DNA from: Xanthobacteraceae bacterium
GTDB lineage: Bacteria > Pseudomonadota > Alphaproteobacteria > Rhizobiales > Xanthobacteraceae
Length of the DNA: 64,000 nt
Reading direction: 5' to 3'
NCBI GenBank assembly: GCA_049677525.1
Contig: JBAUCK010000290.1
Location: forward strand, 1,023 to 65,022
How positions within the stretch are numbered: the stretch's first letter is position 1; each line of letters begins with the position of its first letter. The notes below the pieces were generated by a model. That model was not told the DNA's origin and did no database searches. It was given only the letters and a program-made list of their open reading frames with translations. Positions 62,817 to 64,000 of this stretch are shown here, in pieces. A program made the position numbers and the translations under genes.

Positions 62817-62865
62817 GAGCATGATCCGGAAAGGCGGGAACCGGCTTTCCGAGAAGATCATGCTC
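62817..62865. repeat. palindromic intergenic repeat, copy 6
   Basis: GAGCATGATCCGGAAAGGCGGGAACCGGCTTTCCGAGAAGATCATGCTC. Confidence 0.85.
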
Positions 62866-62913
62866 AAACAAAAAGCTGGGGCCGGATCGCACTTTAACTG
62901 AAATTATCCCGCT

Positions 62914-63969
62914 CTAGGCTGCAGGTTCCAGGCGGTCGAAGCGGCCGAGGTAATAGATGGCGATCGAGATCAGCCAGCTGCCGACAAAGACAGCGATGAT
63001 CAGATAGCCGAGGCTGCCGAAATTGTCGTTCAGACCGCCGATGAAAGACCAGAACGGTCCTTCGAGGTTCATGCGGTCGGCGACGAGCCCGAGTGCTTCG
63101 ATGCCGCCGATCAGGACGGCGACCAGCACCGAAGCGAATGTGATGGTGAGATTGTAATAAAGCTTGCGCACCGGCTTGGTCAGCGCCCAGCCATAGGCGC
63201 CCAGCATCAGTACGCCGTCGGTTGTGTCGATGAGCGACATCGCTGCTGTGAACAGCGCCGAGAACACCATGATCGACCAGATCGGCAGGCCCTTCGACGC
63301 TTCGGCCGCCGAAATGCCGAGCAGCCCAACTTCGGTCGCCGTGTCAAAGCCGAGCCCGAACAGCACGCCCAGCGGATACATGTGCCAGCTGCGCGAAACG
63401 AAACGGAACATCGGCCGGAACAACCGGCCGAGCAAGCCGCGCCGCGCCAACACATGGTCGACGTCTTCCTCGACATAGACGCCGCCGCGACGCACGCGCT
63501 GGAACGTGCGATAGACCGAGCAGAGAATAATGAAATTGGCCGCGGCGACGAGAAACAGAAAGATCACCGACACGCTCGTGCCGATCGCCCCGCCGACCAC
63601 TTTGAGCATGTTGAAGCGGCCTTCGAGCGCGGCGGTGGCAAATGCGATCGCCGCCGACGCCGCGACCACGATGGTCGAATGGCCGAGCGAGAAGAACAAG
63701 CCGACGGCAAGAGGTCTTTTGCCTTCTTGCATCAGCTTTCGCGTCACATTGTCGATGGCCGCGATATGGTCGGCATCGACGGCATGGCGCAGGCCGAACG
63801 TATAGGCCAGAAACGCGGTGCCGATCAGCACCGGATAGTCGCGGAATGCGATCAACGCCCAGGTCCAGGCCAGCACATTGGCGGCGAGCAGGACGCCGTA
63901 AATGCCGGCGATCCTGCCTGCTAACTCCGCGTCCCGGTCGTCGAACAGTCTGGCGAGGCGCTTCTGCAT
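62914..63969 (-). CDS. HoxN/HupN/NixA family nickel/cobalt transporter (NiCoT)
   Basis: 351 aa with signature motifs RHAVDADHIAAIDN, FFSLGHSTIVV and LGFDTATEV. Confidence 0.9.
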   Translation of the reverse strand: MQKRLARLFDDRDAELAGRIAGIYGVLLAANVLAWTWALIAFRDYPVLIGTAFLAYTFGLRHAVDADHIAAIDNVTRKLMQEGKRPLAVGLFFSLGHSTIVVAASAAIAFATAALEGRFNMLKVVGGAIGTSVSVIFLFLVAAANFIILCSVYRTFQRVRRGGVYVEEDVDHVLARRGLLGRLFRPMFRFVSRSWHMYPLGVLFGLGFDTATEVGLLGISAAEASKGLPIWSIMVFSALFTAAMSLIDTTDGVLMLGAYGWALTKPVRKLYYNLTITFASVLVAVLIGGIEALGLVADRMNLEGPFWSFIGGLNDNFGSLGYLIIAVFVGSWLISIAIYYLGRFDRLEPAA

Positions 63970-64000
63970 TCAGCGCACTGAAGCAGAACCGGTCGGCATT

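Overview
This is a GC-rich alphaproteobacterial chromosomal segment. Gene order (hslV-GNAT-hslU, hisB-DUF2628-hisHAF, hrcA-grpE, dnaKJ-pmtA-pyrF-DUF1330-dapB) resembles Rhizobiales/Bradyrhizobiaceae, which is inference only. The housekeeping genes read as intact: hslVU, hisBHAF plus hisE, coaA, folE, gshB, yraN-rsmI/lpoA-like, hemW-rdgB-rph, hrcA-grpE, dnaK-dnaJ-pmtA, pyrF, dapB, argE, gpmI and nth. Accessory content includes a TetR/MFS pair, AlkB, an AraC-Ogt fusion, an RND efflux pair, a NiCoT transporter, and a 10-kb catabolic cluster at 40-50 kb (CoA ligase, enoyl-CoA hydratase, orphan binding protein, FAH hydrolase, class V aminotransferase, EctD-like dioxygenase, SAF-domain dehydrogenase, TfdA-like dioxygenase, thioesterase, NIPSNAP). 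I saw no rRNA, tRNA, CRISPR array, IS element, transposase, integrase, prophage or recognisable defence system, and I cannot point to a convincing new multi-gene system. Four observations stand out. (1) A dispersed family of six 49-50 bp palindromic intergenic repeats, one pair of which brackets a 72-aa ORF. (2) A heavy load of disrupted accessory genes, about 13-15 of roughly 67 loci, caused by both 1-nt indels and large deletions, while core genes stay intact. (3) A fully decayed exopolysaccharide locus at 56.4-61.9 kb, including a chimeric ExoP/Wzy read-through ORF. (4) Three tandem DUF1330 modules with frame disruptions. All coordinates derive from the ORF track plus manual reading. No database search or computation was run.
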